NCBI RefSeq assembly: GCF_018350175.1
Contig: NC_058383.1
Coordinates: 21,020,001-21,084,000 of the forward strand
DNA length: 64,000 nucleotides
Direction: 5' to 3'
From: Felis catus
Lineage: Eukaryota
The notes under the pieces were generated by a model. That model was not told the origin of the DNA and did no database searches. It worked only from the letters and a program-made list of their open reading frames with translations. Shown here piece after piece: positions 1 to 11,509 of the stretch; position 1 is the first letter of the stretch; each line of letters opens with the position of its first letter. Made by a program: the position numbers and the translations under genes.

Positions 1-78
1 AAGTCTCTTCAGATAAATGTCTATCTTCATGCTGTATAATCTTAAAAAAATAAGACTCAATTACATGTCTGAGATAAA

Positions 79-713
79 GAGTTGATCCTTAGACAACATA
101 GGGATTAGGGGGAGACACCAACCCTCTATGGAGTCAAAAATCCACATACAACTTTTGACTCTCCAAAAACTTAACTACTAACAGCCTACTATTGACCACA
201 AGGCTTACCGATAACAAGCAGTTGATTTGTTTGTTGGTTTGTTTGATAACAAACAGTTGATAACGCACGAAACATCCGTATGTTTTGTAGGTTGTATGTA
301 GCCTATACTGTATTCTTAAAATAACACATAACTTTCTTAATTCTTTTGGTATTTCGAGGCTACACAGTTTTTCTGCAAGTATTTAAAAAAAATTTTTTTT
401 TAATGTTTATTGATTTTTGAGACAGAGAGAGACAGAGCATGAACAGGGGGAGGGTCAGAGAGAGGGAGACACAGAATCTGAAACAGGTTCCAGGCTCTGA
501 GCCGTTAGCACAGGTCCCGACGCGGGGCTCGAACTCACAGACCACGAGATCATGACCTGAGTCCAAGTCCGATGCCCAACTGACTGAGTCACCCAGGCGC
601 CCCTCTGCAAGTATTTTCAAATCGTTGCAAATCTCCAAAAAACTTTTTCAGTATGTTCGATTGTATAAATGGACCCTGCACAGTTCAAACGTGTGCTGTT
701 CAAAGGTCAACTA
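79..713 (+). mobile_element. Tigger2a/MER28-like TcMar DNA transposon, interrupted by a Can-SINE
   Basis: Ends resemble the Tigger2 TIRs (gAGTTGAtCCTTagACAAC ... GcTGTTCAAaGGTCAACT); body has AAAATCCACATACAACTTTTGACTCTCCAAAAACTTAACTACTAA. Confidence 0.8.
385..603 (-). mobile_element. Can-SINE (SINEC_Fc type)
   Basis: Reverse GGGGCGCCTGGGTG head, (CT)n, A tail; TSD TCTGCAAGTATTT at 372-384 and 604-616. Confidence 0.95.
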
Positions 714-793
714 TATGTTGCTCTTAATTCCGCTTCTGTGTATTCACCGAGAGACACGATGTTTATGGCCTTTTCTGATTCGTCATATACATG

Positions 794-799
<6 letters not shown>

Positions 800-824
<25 letters not shown>
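800..824. repeat. (CA)n microsatellite
   Basis: Direct reading. Confidence 0.95.
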
Positions 825-911
825 CCGACGCGGGGCTCCAACTCACGGACCGCGAGATCGTGACCTGAGCTGAAGTCGGATGCTTCACGGACTGAGCCAC
901 CCAGGCGCCCC
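825..911 (-). mobile_element. Can-SINE 5' half only (3' part missing, abuts the CA repeat)
   Basis: tRNA-like head present, no CT tract or A tail. Confidence 0.9.
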
Positions 912-1479
912 AGCCAAACTCCCCGGTTTAAAAAGCTTTAAAATTCTTGAGAATCGGATGATCCTCAGAAGGGATATTGCGATATCACTACCTCATTGGT
1001 TTTCTACACTAGTTAGAATTTATTCCCGAATGGGCTCTTTCTGCATTCACGACTAGAAATCTACCACCGTCGCCGTGGCCACTGCACAGCTTAGTTCCTG
1101 TTCAATGCAGACTTCAGGTCACAGCGGATGCTGTGTCAGGTTACTAGAAGACTCTAACTACTCTAGTAACGTTTTCCCATACTGAGGGAGACTTGAATTC
1201 CTTCACTCTGGTTGGAAGAAAAGTCCAAGCTCGTGAGGTTTCTTGCAATAGTTTTCCACTACTGGTTTCACCATCATACCTGTAGACTTTCAGGTTTTAA
1301 CACGTGGAAATGCTTCCTGTCTTCTGGAAGATTGTTGCGTAATCTTCCCAGTTTCTAGGGCTCTTGTAGTTCTTCATCGCCTCATGAGTTTTTACATCCA
1401 TGCGAGCGTGGGGAAGGACCAATCGAGACGCAGCTTTCTATCATCGCAACTCAGAATTAAGGAGGTTATAATTATGTCA

Positions 1480-1860
1480 CTGCTGCAGAAAACTCTTCAA
1501 GGGTTTCCAACTGTATCTCGCGTAAGGTACAAAAAGGCTCTCAGAAGAGCGTGGGAGCTCTTTGCAATTTGGCACCAACTTATCCGTTCAAGTTCGTTGT
1601 TATTCACGTCCTGCTGTGTATCTCAAACTCTCACCGTGCTAGACTATTCGTCTCTTTCTCTAACCTGCCTGGCGATTGCAGACCTTTCTGCTTCTGCTTA
1701 GGCACCGTCCCCTCTGCCTCAAAAGCCTCGTCTCTCGTAACTCGGTGGAAAATCCCCGCTTGTCTTTCCACGTGGCACAGAAATAGCGTCTCCTTTTTTG
1801 TAGTATTCCCAGATGCCCAGAGCAAAATTAGCCACACCGTTCTCTGTGGTCCCATTGCCA
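1480..1860 (+). mobile_element. L2 fragment
   Basis: Degenerate L2 3'-region motifs (aaaactcttcaagggtttccaa..., gtcccctctgcctcaaaagcc). Confidence 0.5.
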
Positions 1861-1874
1861 CAGTATGAGTGTTG

Positions 1875-2010
1875 CGTTCTCTCAAAATACACCCCCCTGG
1901 TGTGATGCTAGTAGGAAATGGGGCCCTTGGGAGGTGATCAGGTCACGAGAACTGAGCCCTCATAAATGAGATTAGTGCTTTTATAAGAGAGGCCCAAGAG
2001 GGGTCCTTAG
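1875..2010 (+). mobile_element. MLT1 (MaLR) LTR fragment
   Basis: GGGGCCCTTGGGAGGTGATCAGGTCA...GCCCTCATAAATGAGATTAGTGCTTTTATAAGAGAGGCCC. Confidence 0.75.
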
Positions 2011-2014
2011 CTTT

Positions 2015-2620
2015 TGTCCCAGGGAAATTATCTTCTAATAGATCCCTGAAAATTTCCTCCCTTTTATTACCTCCGTTCTCTGCCTCTAGAACCCCAATAA
2101 AAGAAATGGCAGACGTCCACGCTGCGTCATATTTTTTCTCGTACATTCCATTATTTTGCCTTTGGCTCAGGTCTGCAAGGTTCCATTGGCTTTATCACCA
2201 GACCACCGACAGGGCTGTTAACCATTGACCGTTCCCTTATTCGGTCTGCCCACTGAACTGTTTTTAGTGCCAAACGTATTTTTAATTGCCAGGTGCTCAT
2301 TTTTTTTTTCTTTTGTTCTCTGATCGCATCGTTTTTGTAGCAGCGGTCTGTTCTTACTTATGTATGCATCATCTTCCAATCTCGCTGGAGCCGTTCATCA
2401 GTTTTTTTGATTGTTCTGTCCCCTGCATGATCTCGGTTTTCTAAAAAGCACAGTTATTTTCCTTGTTAATCTTATGATTTCTCATGTAGGAAATTTCTTT
2501 TCCTCGTGTGTTTGTTGATCCTCGGTCGTTGGTTCATGTTTATGAATAAAGATCTAGGCTGTTAGGTAATGAGAGTTTCATTTGTTTTTGTGTAGATCTG
2601 TTTGCTAAGAAGCTTCTCTC
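2015..2620 (-). mobile_element. Ancient L1M/HAL1-like fragment
   Basis: T-rich degenerate sequence resembling an antisense L1 ORF1 region (ccagggaaattatcttctaatagatccctgaaaattt). Confidence 0.4.
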
Positions 2621-2687
2621 TGGATGATTCTGTCCTAGTGGGTAAGTGTGATAACTGGAAAACTATGTTCAAGAATTTTACATTAGA

Positions 2688-2910
2688 GGGGCGCCTCGGT
2701 GGCGCAGTCGGTTAAGCGTCCGATTTCAGCCAGGTCAAGATCTCGCAATCCGTGAGTTCGAGCCCCGCATCAGGCTCTGGGCTGATGGCTCGGAGCCTGG
2801 AGCCTGTTTCCGATTCTGTGTCTCCCTCTCTCTCTGCCCCTCCCCCGTTCATGCTCTGTCTCTCTCTGTCCCAAAAATAAATAAACGTTGGAAAAAAAAT
2901 AAAAAAAAAA
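2688..2910 (+). mobile_element. Young Can-SINE (SINEC_Fc)
   Basis: Full length; perfect TSD AAGAATTTTACATTAGA. Confidence 0.97.
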
Positions 2911-3004
2911 AAGAATTTTACATTAGAGGTCAGCAGGTTATGGGTGGCAAGTCCGAAAAGGGAGGGCTTTACTTTGGTGGTGGGGTATTTGATGTATTCC
3001 TTCT

Positions 3005-3235
3005 TTTTTTTTTTAATTTTTAAAATATTTTATTTATTTTTGAGAGAGAGAGAGAGACAGAGGCAGAGTGTGAGCTGGGGAGGGGCAGAGAGAGAGGGAG
3101 ACACAGAATCCGAAGCGGGGTCCAGGCTCCGAGCTGTCAGCACAGAGCCCGAGGTGGGGCTTGAACTCGTGAACTGTGAGATCGTGACGTGACCCAAAGT
3201 TGGATGCTTAACTGACTGAGCCACCCAGGAGCCCC
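3005..3235 (-). mobile_element. Can-SINE
   Basis: Full length; TSD TG(A/G)TGTATTCCTTCT. Confidence 0.95.
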
Positions 3236-3399
3236 TGGTGTATTCCTTCTGAAGAAAAGTTTTTCTTTTTGCATTAATGTTCCTGTTATGTGTTCCAGGG
3301 TTTCCTCAAACTCTGCTTTGGTTCCCATTCAGATACTCTGCTTCCTTCCCAGATCCAGTAAATCAAATATATTCAACATGTGTTTATTGAATAGTAGGA

Positions 3400-3965
3400 C
3401 AAGGTAGCAAAATGGCTACAAATTCTACTGCTGTATCCAGGCCCCTTTGCAATGTGACTTTGGAGCTCCTCCTACTGGAAGAAGGTGGGATGGATTTCTC
3501 CATTCCCTTGAGTCTGGGCCTGGCCACGTGGGTTGCTTTGTTCAGCAGGATTATCGAAAAGTGACCTGGAAGAGAGACGGGAAAACTACTTGCACATTGG
3601 GGCTTGCTTTCTTGCTTCTCTTATAAGAAGGTAGATTAAAGTCCAGAGAGTTCAAAATACATTTTTTTGCATAAGAATTCTGAGGTCTCAACGTAGCCCT
3701 GTGAGGAGGCCCAAACAGGTAACAGGAGGCATGTGCTCTATTTGCCTCTGTTGCCCTGATCAATAAGGTACCAAGGGTGTGAAAAAGATTTTCTAGGTCA
3801 TCGCTAGCAGCCCATCCACAGTGCACTGTGGAAGCTTGAAAGGGCCCAGAGGAGATGCGTTGAGCTTGCACAGATAAGAACTGCCTAGCTCATCCAAATC
3901 ATGAGCTAAATAAAAAATTACCATGTTTGGGGACAGTTTGTTACACAGCAAAAGCTAACTGATAC
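3400..3965 (+). mobile_element. MLT1 (F/G/H-like) LTR inserted in an L2
   Basis: AAATGGCTACAAATTC start, CCCTTGAGTCTGGGCCTGGCCACGTG, canonical end TTTGTTACACAGCAAAAGCTAACTGATACA. Confidence 0.8.
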
Positions 3966-4400
3966 AAGCACCACATTGTCTTCATGTTCCGGGAACCATA
4001 GCCACTAGGATACACAAAACAGGTAAAGGCTTTGCCTTGAAGTGATGATCAACAAAGACAGAAGTGAGTAAGACAATTTCAGAGAAAAATACACGCTGTG
4101 AAGAAAAGGAAGCAGGGCGATCCGACAGAGTGGTTTGGGTTGGGATCTAATGTACATATTGTTGTCGGAGAATGCTTTGAGTAGGTGCTTTGAGTTAAGA
4201 TCTGAACGGCATGGAAAAGCCAACCGTGTGAAGGTTCGGACACAGATGGTTCCAGACAGAGGACACAAGTGCAAAGGCATGAAGGTGGGAGCATACTTCA
4301 CATCTTGCAGGGACGTAAAGGAGGTCAATGAGACGGGAGTACAGCAAGCAAAGAAGGCAGTGAGCGCAAGAATGTAAAGTCAGGGAAACGGATGATGTGA
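3966..4400 (-). mobile_element. L2 fragment (continues from ~3360-3395)
   Basis: TTCCAGACAGAGGACACAAGTGCAAAGGCATGAAGG, a typical antisense L2 motif. Confidence 0.75.
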
Positions 4401-4717
4401 ACTTGGACTATAATTAATTTATTAATTACCTTGGTGCTTGTAACATATCTCATCCCTGTTCCTTATATTTGTGGACTTGGAGCTTTTGAAAGACTCCTAT
4501 GGGAAGGATCCCTCTTCCCTCCAGCGTTATGGGTTACAGCTTTCCATGGTCTGTTTCCGTCATCAATCAGATCCATCTGCCTTCTGTCTTCTTGGATTTC
4601 TTCAAAATGTCCTTCCCCCGCAGCTGCCTGCCTTGCTGGTTTCCTAGCGTTCCTGTGAATTCATTCTTTTTCAAATACAGGGGGGGTTTTGTTTGGTTAT
4701 TGTGTTTGTTCTTACAT

Positions 4718-4936
4718 TTTTAAAAGTGTTTATTTATTTTTGAGAGCGAGAGACAGAGACAGAGACAGAGAGCGGAGGGGTGGGGGCAGAGACAGAAGGG
4801 GACACAGAATCCGAAGCAGGCTCCAGGCTCTGAGCCGTCAGCCCAGAGCCCGACACGGGGCTCGAACTCCCGGACCACGAGATCATGACCTGAGCCGAAG
4901 TCAGGCGCTCAACCGACCGAGCCACCCAGGCGCCCC
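4718..4936 (-). mobile_element. Can-SINE
   Basis: Full-length reverse SINEC. Confidence 0.95.
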
Positions 4937-4949
4937 TGTTTGTACATCT

Positions 4950-5382
4950 TTTTAATCAGAGTACAGTTGACACACTGTATGACATTAAGTTCAGGTGTGC
5001 AGCGTAGTGATTCGACAAGTCAAGGGGACCCTGTGCTCACCCCCAGGGCAGCTCGATCTGCCCCCATAAGGTGCTGTCCCAGTACCACGACCACATTCCC
5101 TGTGCTGTAACTCTCAGCCCCGTGGCTTACTCATTCCGTCCCTGGAAGCCTGTATCTCCCACTCCCCTTTGCTCACTTTGCCCGTCTCCCACCCCTTTCC
5201 CTCTGGCAACCATCGGTTTGTTCTCTGTATTTCTAGAAGGTATTATGCTAAGTGAAATAAGTCAGACCGAGAAAGACAAATACCATACGATTTCACTTAC
5301 ATGTGGAGTCAGAAAGACAAAACAAGGGAGTCAACAAACAATAAGCAGAGTCAGACCTGGAAATATAGAGAACAAACCGATG
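4950..5382 (-). mobile_element. L1MA9-like 3' end with inverted 5' segment (5233-5382 on +)
   Basis: Antisense L1 3' UTR to 5232, then sense L1 (GGTATTATGCTAAGTGAAATAAGTCAG...). Confidence 0.85.
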
Positions 5383-5887
5383 TTTTTACGTTTTTGAGGG
5401 TCTTGGTGCAAGTCTGTCCTCAGTCCACCATCTAATTGAAATTCTCTTATCTCATTTTAAAATTTGTAGCTCTAAGCACACCCAATCTATTATCTTCCTT
5501 TCATCGTCCTCTCTTTTTCTCCTTGTTTTTTTTTTTTTTCTCCTCTTTTACAGCTTGTCTTTATAGTGGCCGGTGAGAGGTGAGGCCTCCATAGGATATT
5601 TATTCACTGTCCGACAAATATGTATCGAGTACCTTCTATCTGCAAACAAAATGGAGGCCCTTCTCCCCTACCAGTGACCCTCGCAGCCTCCCTGCCTCGC
5701 TTAAGTCCAGCTGAGCTGAATGTGGCCCATCAAAAAGCCTTGTGCTAGAGGAGGACAAACAAAGGTTGATTCTTCCCAGTTCCTTAAATTTCACTGGATA
5801 GTCAAGGTGTTTCATTTCCTGGGGAGGTCTTGCCCTGGATATGTCAGAATTCATATGCCAAAAAATGTATTTTAAATCCCTGGTCTT

Positions 5888-6066
5888 CTATCTTCTATCT
5901 ATCTATCTATCTATCTATCTTCTATCTTTCTATTTCTCTCTCTATGATCTATCTATCTCCTATCTGTCTATCTGTCTATCTATCATCTATCTATCTATCT
6001 ATCCTCTATCTATCTACCTACCTACATACCTATGTACCCATCCACTTATCATCTATCTACCTATCT
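5888..6066. repeat. Degenerate (TCTA)n tetranucleotide microsatellite
   Basis: Direct reading. Confidence 0.95.
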
Positions 6067-6663
6067 CCGTTGAGTTTTGGGTGCCATGAGTCAATAAGGG
6101 ATGGCTCATAAGATATCATACTTGGGAGGGATGAACCATATTATGCCATTGAAAATACAAGACGCTTCACCTTTGCAGACCAAGAGCTTGGCCTTGCTAG
6201 ACATTTGCTAAGTGCTCAGGTATGGGATCCTTCACCCATCTCCTTAAAGCAGATAAATATAGACATGTGTTTATATACAATGTCATATAGACATTAGAGC
6301 ATTGAAAGTTGATATTAGCAAACTGAAGAACCCAGTCCTCATAGTATTTTCTTCCACAAATCTATTGGATCCCAACGGAACCCAAAATCGTTTGCCTGTC
6401 CTGCTATTGCCTTCTGGGAATACCGCTACACCACCCAGAATTGGGGGGGGGGGCCAGGGCACCTTGAATAAAAAGAAAAGAAGACCCACTTTCTCTTCTC
6501 TACCCCAGGACCACTCTATGTGCCAGTCCCTTAGCCTGGGACACCACTCTCCCTGCTTTTCCAAATCTCTCACTTATCCTGATTCTTATTTATCCCTGTG
6601 GTCTCCACTTATTAGCTCCTTGCTCAGAGAGGTCTTTGCTTTTCCACCCTTTTCCTCCCCGAG

Positions 6664-7030
6664 TGTAGTGGATGCCGTCGGTACCCTGTCCAGGTCCCCG
6701 TCACTGGTGGCATACCCATTCCTTTGTTTCTGAGAGTATTTGTTGCTGAAATGGAGTTGTCTCGTCGGGGAGGTTACTCCCAGCCACAGGGGACAGTCAG
6801 CGGCCGATGGCCTTCTGGGGTACAAAAGGCTGGGTGTCTGGCCTTCCAAGGTGGACCACAGCTCCCCGGGGTATCAGCTGAAGTCAGACCACACCTCTGC
6901 AGAGTTTTCTTCTATTTTCGCCTGCTTCTTGCACACCCTCTCTCCAGGGAGCACTCCTCCAGTAAATCATTTTCACCAGAATCGCCCTCTCAGGGTCCCC
7001 TTCTAGGAAACCCGAACAAGCTAAGAAAAC
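6664..7030 (+). mobile_element. LTR16-family (ERVL) solo LTR
   Basis: Starts TGTAGTGGATGCCGTCGGTACCCTGTCCAGGTCCCC, ends CTCAGGGTCCCCTTCTAGGAAACCCGAAC..CTAAGA, matching recalled LTR16 termini. Confidence 0.75.
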
Positions 7031-10000
7031 TTTTACTTAAGAGGTTTATCTGTATATTTACATAACTGAGAATAACTTTCCCCTCCGATCCCTGAACCTT
7101 TAACTGTGCCGGAGATACGTACGGTCAGACGCGGACGTGAATGGTGCCCCCGGAACTGGCCCCGCGGTAGCCCACCACCTGGGGCCCCCCAAGGAGCCTG
7201 TCTTCCACAAAGCAGAAGCAGAAGAAGAAAAAGAGACACTGCCCACAAGCAGTTCAACCTGGAGGCTGCGGTGGCATTCCTAAAGCGAAGCCGTTCATCC
7301 GATCTGATACAAAAGGTTATTTGTTTGAAGGTTCAGTAAAATCATTTAATCTGAAATCCAATATGAATACTACTTTGCATTAATCTCTAAGAACCAACAA
7401 GTCAATCCCAGATCTGTTCTCTCCCCGAAGTGAAACGAATTTGGTTAAGGATGAGGTTTTGGGGGGGTTTATTTACCAAAACGTTCGAAGTTCAAAACCA
7501 TGATTAAATATCTCCTCCCCAACGTAACCCCTTGGGAGCCACGGAAACAGCACAAACTAATAAAACATGATGAATTCGTGTTTGAAGAGCCTAGAGAGAC
7601 ATTGACTGATGGCATGAGACCCACAGGATGGTTTAGAAATTAGTTCATATGCAAATATTTCTGAACACCAGTCCCTTGTCATTTACATATTCAATAGTTA
7701 AATTCAGACTATTTGATAGTGACTCAGAGATGTAACAAGTTGTGATGTCTTGTTGGGGCATGAACTCAACTCACGCGTTGAGGCTGGAAAGGCGCTGGAA
7801 AGACGTGGGGAGACGTCGAGTGGGTGAGGTGGGGTGACCGGTCAACACCTACTGGGCACATGTGCGGTAATTCACACGAGGGGACTTAAATCTCTCCAGC
7901 TGCGAATGACGCTGATGGAAGTGCAGAGGCGGAGAAAAGAAACAGCAAGTATGGACTCGAGGGTCCTCGAGACTCAAGCTCTAGCAGCCGTCACGTGATT
8001 ACTATAGTCCATCCTTCTCAACCACCACAATGGCAGCCTTAGAGACCAGTTTTGCAAACACACAGTTAGGGAAACAGAGGCACTGGCACGCCATCTTGAG
8101 GAAGAAGAGGGAGCTTGGATGTCTGCCCCCACCTGCAGTTCAAGAAGCCATCTGTGATTTGCCCCGGCAGGCTCATTCCATCCATCCTTTCTTCACCGTG
8201 TAGGTTTGCTTTGTCCTTGTGCATCTTTTTTTTCCTCTATGTATGGTGCCATTGTCATCTTGGTTGCTGAGGTGTCAAACCTTGGCCTTGGCCCCTACGC
8301 CTTTATCCTTCTCCTGTCCCCCCTTGCCATTGTTATCCTCAGGGCCACCCTGATTACGTAATCTCCTGGCTGTGATTCCTTGACCTTCGCATGGGATGTG
8401 GCCATCACCTCCACGTCAACTGAGTTACTCATGAGCCTGGCCACACCTTGGCCTTGAGTCTCTCCTCCTCCGAGAGCATCATTATGGAAACCCCTTGGGA
8501 AAATCCTCTACCTCGGCTCTGTTACCCATATCTACTCCTACACTAGCTTGTGCTGACTTTTTTCTTATCACGTGAAGCATGTGAGATGAACTGTTTTGAC
8601 TCTTTTCTCTTGTTTTAAAGAAAGCATACCAAGATCTGTGTGTTTCCTCCCAGAAAGGAGAGAGATATGCAACAAGGAAAGGGAAAATGTGTCTGCGAAT
8701 CTGTAGCATAAAGCCCCATGTGTTTAAAAATCCTTCTTGTTCGCCTTTTTTTCCCTATAAAATGTATAGCAAATCTTATCCCTCAGTATTCTACATAAGA
8801 CCAAAGAGGCCTGTGTTTGGATAGCACCTACGAAAAAGGGTGCGGGGACCCTGGCTCCTTGCTGCCCCAGCTCAGATGCCAGCTGGGACAGTCACTCTGA
8901 AACCCGCTCTATCACCAAAAGAACCATAGCAGCTCTGGGGCTGAGGGCTGTCCTGACTGTAGCCAGAAGGTAGAAATAGTGTAGGTTATAAGACCTGAAT
9001 AGTACTTGGCATTCGGATTTGATAAGCAGTGACGCAATTGATAAACACTAACCAGTTTTAATAAAACCCCAACTTTTATTTCGTTTCCATCAAATGGAAC
9101 GGAAGCATGGTATTGACCAGTGGGAAGATGTAAGCTTAATGTCGACTTACCTAAACTTAGCGTGAATTCTGAAAGCCTCCCCACTGGTCACGGCAACTCC
9201 TTCCGTGGCTTCATCTTGATTTTCCCTGTTCCTGTTTGGAACCTGTTGTCTGTTGAGCCCAGGGACTCCATTCCCACCCCGCTCTGGTCTGGCTTGTTTC
9301 AGCCCAGCTCAGCCGATTCCCTGGTTCTCATGAGCGTCCCTGACGCCCTTGCCTGCATCATCTTCCACCACCCCCACCTTCCCATCTTCAGCCGCATGAC
9401 CATTACCCCCTTCAATATCTAGAATGCCAGGCAACGCTCAGTAAAATCACAAGCTGTCCTTTGACAGCTCTAACATCCTCGATCCTTCACCGGTTGACTG
9501 TAAAACATCGTCTGCAAGGACTTCAAACCTGTTCTACTTGGACCCGGGTCTATGTTCTACCCTCACTGCCAAACCCTGCAGAATCATACATGGTGGGAAC
9601 AAGTCCATCCGGGGTGAATTTTCTCAAGGTGTCTCTTTATCTATACCACATTTACATTTATATTTGCCCTCCGCTCTGTTTTTTCTTTTTGCCTCAAATA
9701 AAGAAATTTCTCTTGGCATCACCTAAGAAAGTTGGACATGCCGTGAGTCAATACGAGACGGCGTACAGGATGTTGCACTCGGGAGGGGTGGACTGTGTTA
9801 CCCCATTGAGAACAGAAGACCCTCCACCTTCACAGACCAAGAGCTTGGCCTTGGTGGCATTTGTAAAGTGCCCGGGGCCCAATATTTTTTTGTGTGTGTT
9901 TTGTTCTGTTTATTTGTCTCTGCCCAGTTTCCTATTGCCTTATTATACTTACCCCTTTAGAGCTTCTCTTGATTTATGAAGGGGAGGAGATGACAGAGAG

Positions 10001-10502
10001 GACCAGGCTAACTCCACATGTCCCTTTCCTTCAGAATCTAAACCTCCCCCTTCATAAACGCGGAGATGAGATGCTGTTTCATGGAGCTTAGAGTTTAGTG
10101 GGAAAGGCAGTGTGAAATGCAATAAAGTACAAGGCAGCCAAAGTGCAATAATGGACGTCTACCCAAGGCACACGCGGGAATCAAAGAAACCGTGAACTCA
10201 TCTGGGCGTAGAAACAGAAAGGCATTACAGACAAGGGCCCACTGAGCCAGGTCTTAAAGAACCGGTTGTTCAGTGGATAGGTGGGGAGGAACCCATCAAA
10301 TATTTGTTGGATTAGTAAATGAAGGGCTTATCACACAGAAAAATGAACATGTGCCGAAAGGCTGACAAAATTTAAACTCTTCAGAAAATGTGCAGACTCG
10401 GTCCAGCCAATCAGGTGGGGGGGGGGGAAGGATGGTGGCAAAAGGGTCTTAGGGCTCAAAAAATAAACTAAAGAGTTTGCCAAAGAAAACTAGATGAAGG
10501 AA

Positions 10503-10597
10503 GGGGCCCCAGCTGGCTCAGTCGGAAGAACTTGGCGACTCTGGAAGTTGGAGTCGTGAGTTCAAACCCCGTTATCGGGTGTAGAGGTTATTGAAAA
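10503..10597 (+). mobile_element. Short old Can-SINE (SINEC_old, tRNA-Lys-like)
   Basis: GGGGCCCCAGCTGGCTCAGTCGG...GAGTTCAAACCCC..GGGTGTAGAGGTTATT. Confidence 0.85.
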
Positions 10598-10603
10598 GAG
10601 ATA

Positions 10604-10845
10604 GGGGTGCCTGAGTAGCTCAGTCAGTTGGGTGCCTGAGTCTTGATTTGGGCTCAGGTCACGATCTCAGGGTTCGTGGGTTCGAGCCCCGCGTCAGGCT
10701 CTGTGCCGACAGTTCAGAGCCTGGAGCCTGCTTCGGATTCTGTCTGTCTGTCCGTCTGTCTCTCCCTCTGTCCCAGTCCCGTTTGTGTTCTGTCTCTCTC
10801 TCTCTGTCTCTCAAAAAAATAAATGTTAGTAAAATTTTTAAAAAA
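10604..10845 (+). mobile_element. Can-SINE
   Basis: Head, CT tract, A tail. Confidence 0.93.
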
Positions 10846-11509
10846 GGGGGATGTCCTCCCCTAATAAGGGAGTATGACTTGACACAATGAGCAAAAGAAA
10901 ACCAGGATGCCTCTATTACAGACTGCATTAATCCTGCATCTGGATGGTGGTCAAAAATGTATTGCTTTCGCTCCCCACCTCCAGTTCCCAGACTCCAATT
11001 TTTAACCCAGAGGAAATTGTAACTGAATTATGAAGTCCTTTCAAAAGTAACGTTTGACACATCAGTTATAGAAGCCTTAGAAAAGGTACACTGGGTGCCT
11101 GTAAATTTTATAATTATGTCAATTCAAACTCAAAGACACTCCCATGAATTAAAAAAAAAAAAAGATATTTCCAGTTCAAATCACACAGTTTGTTCTGCCT
11201 GCCATGGCGATGTGGGGAATATTTGCTGTGTGCGCTAAATTCTCTCCTTTAACTGCCCACGTCTGGAGAGCAGGGGACCAGAATGGAGATGAGCACAGGA
11301 GAGGGAAGATGAGAGTTTTATTGAACGTGGAGGTTTGATCCGCTTCAGAAGCACAATCCCAGTGAGACCTAAGGCAGGTGTCTAGACAGGTGAGGACTCG
11401 CTCGCATCCCAAAAGGGAGGATGCTTTTCTTGGACTTGGGAGCAGAATGCCAGGGCTGGGCTGGGCCACCCAAATCAACCAGCCCATCTCCTACCCACGC
11501 TTTGTCATG

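Noticed and set aside
9461..9979. 172-aa ORF overlapping the 6.1/9.7-kb repeat
   Set aside because: No recognisable homology, a non-ATG start, and the frame is not listed as open in the other copy.
10503..10597. tRNA-Lys gene
   Set aside because: Degenerate stems and a SINE-type tail; fits an old Can-SINE.
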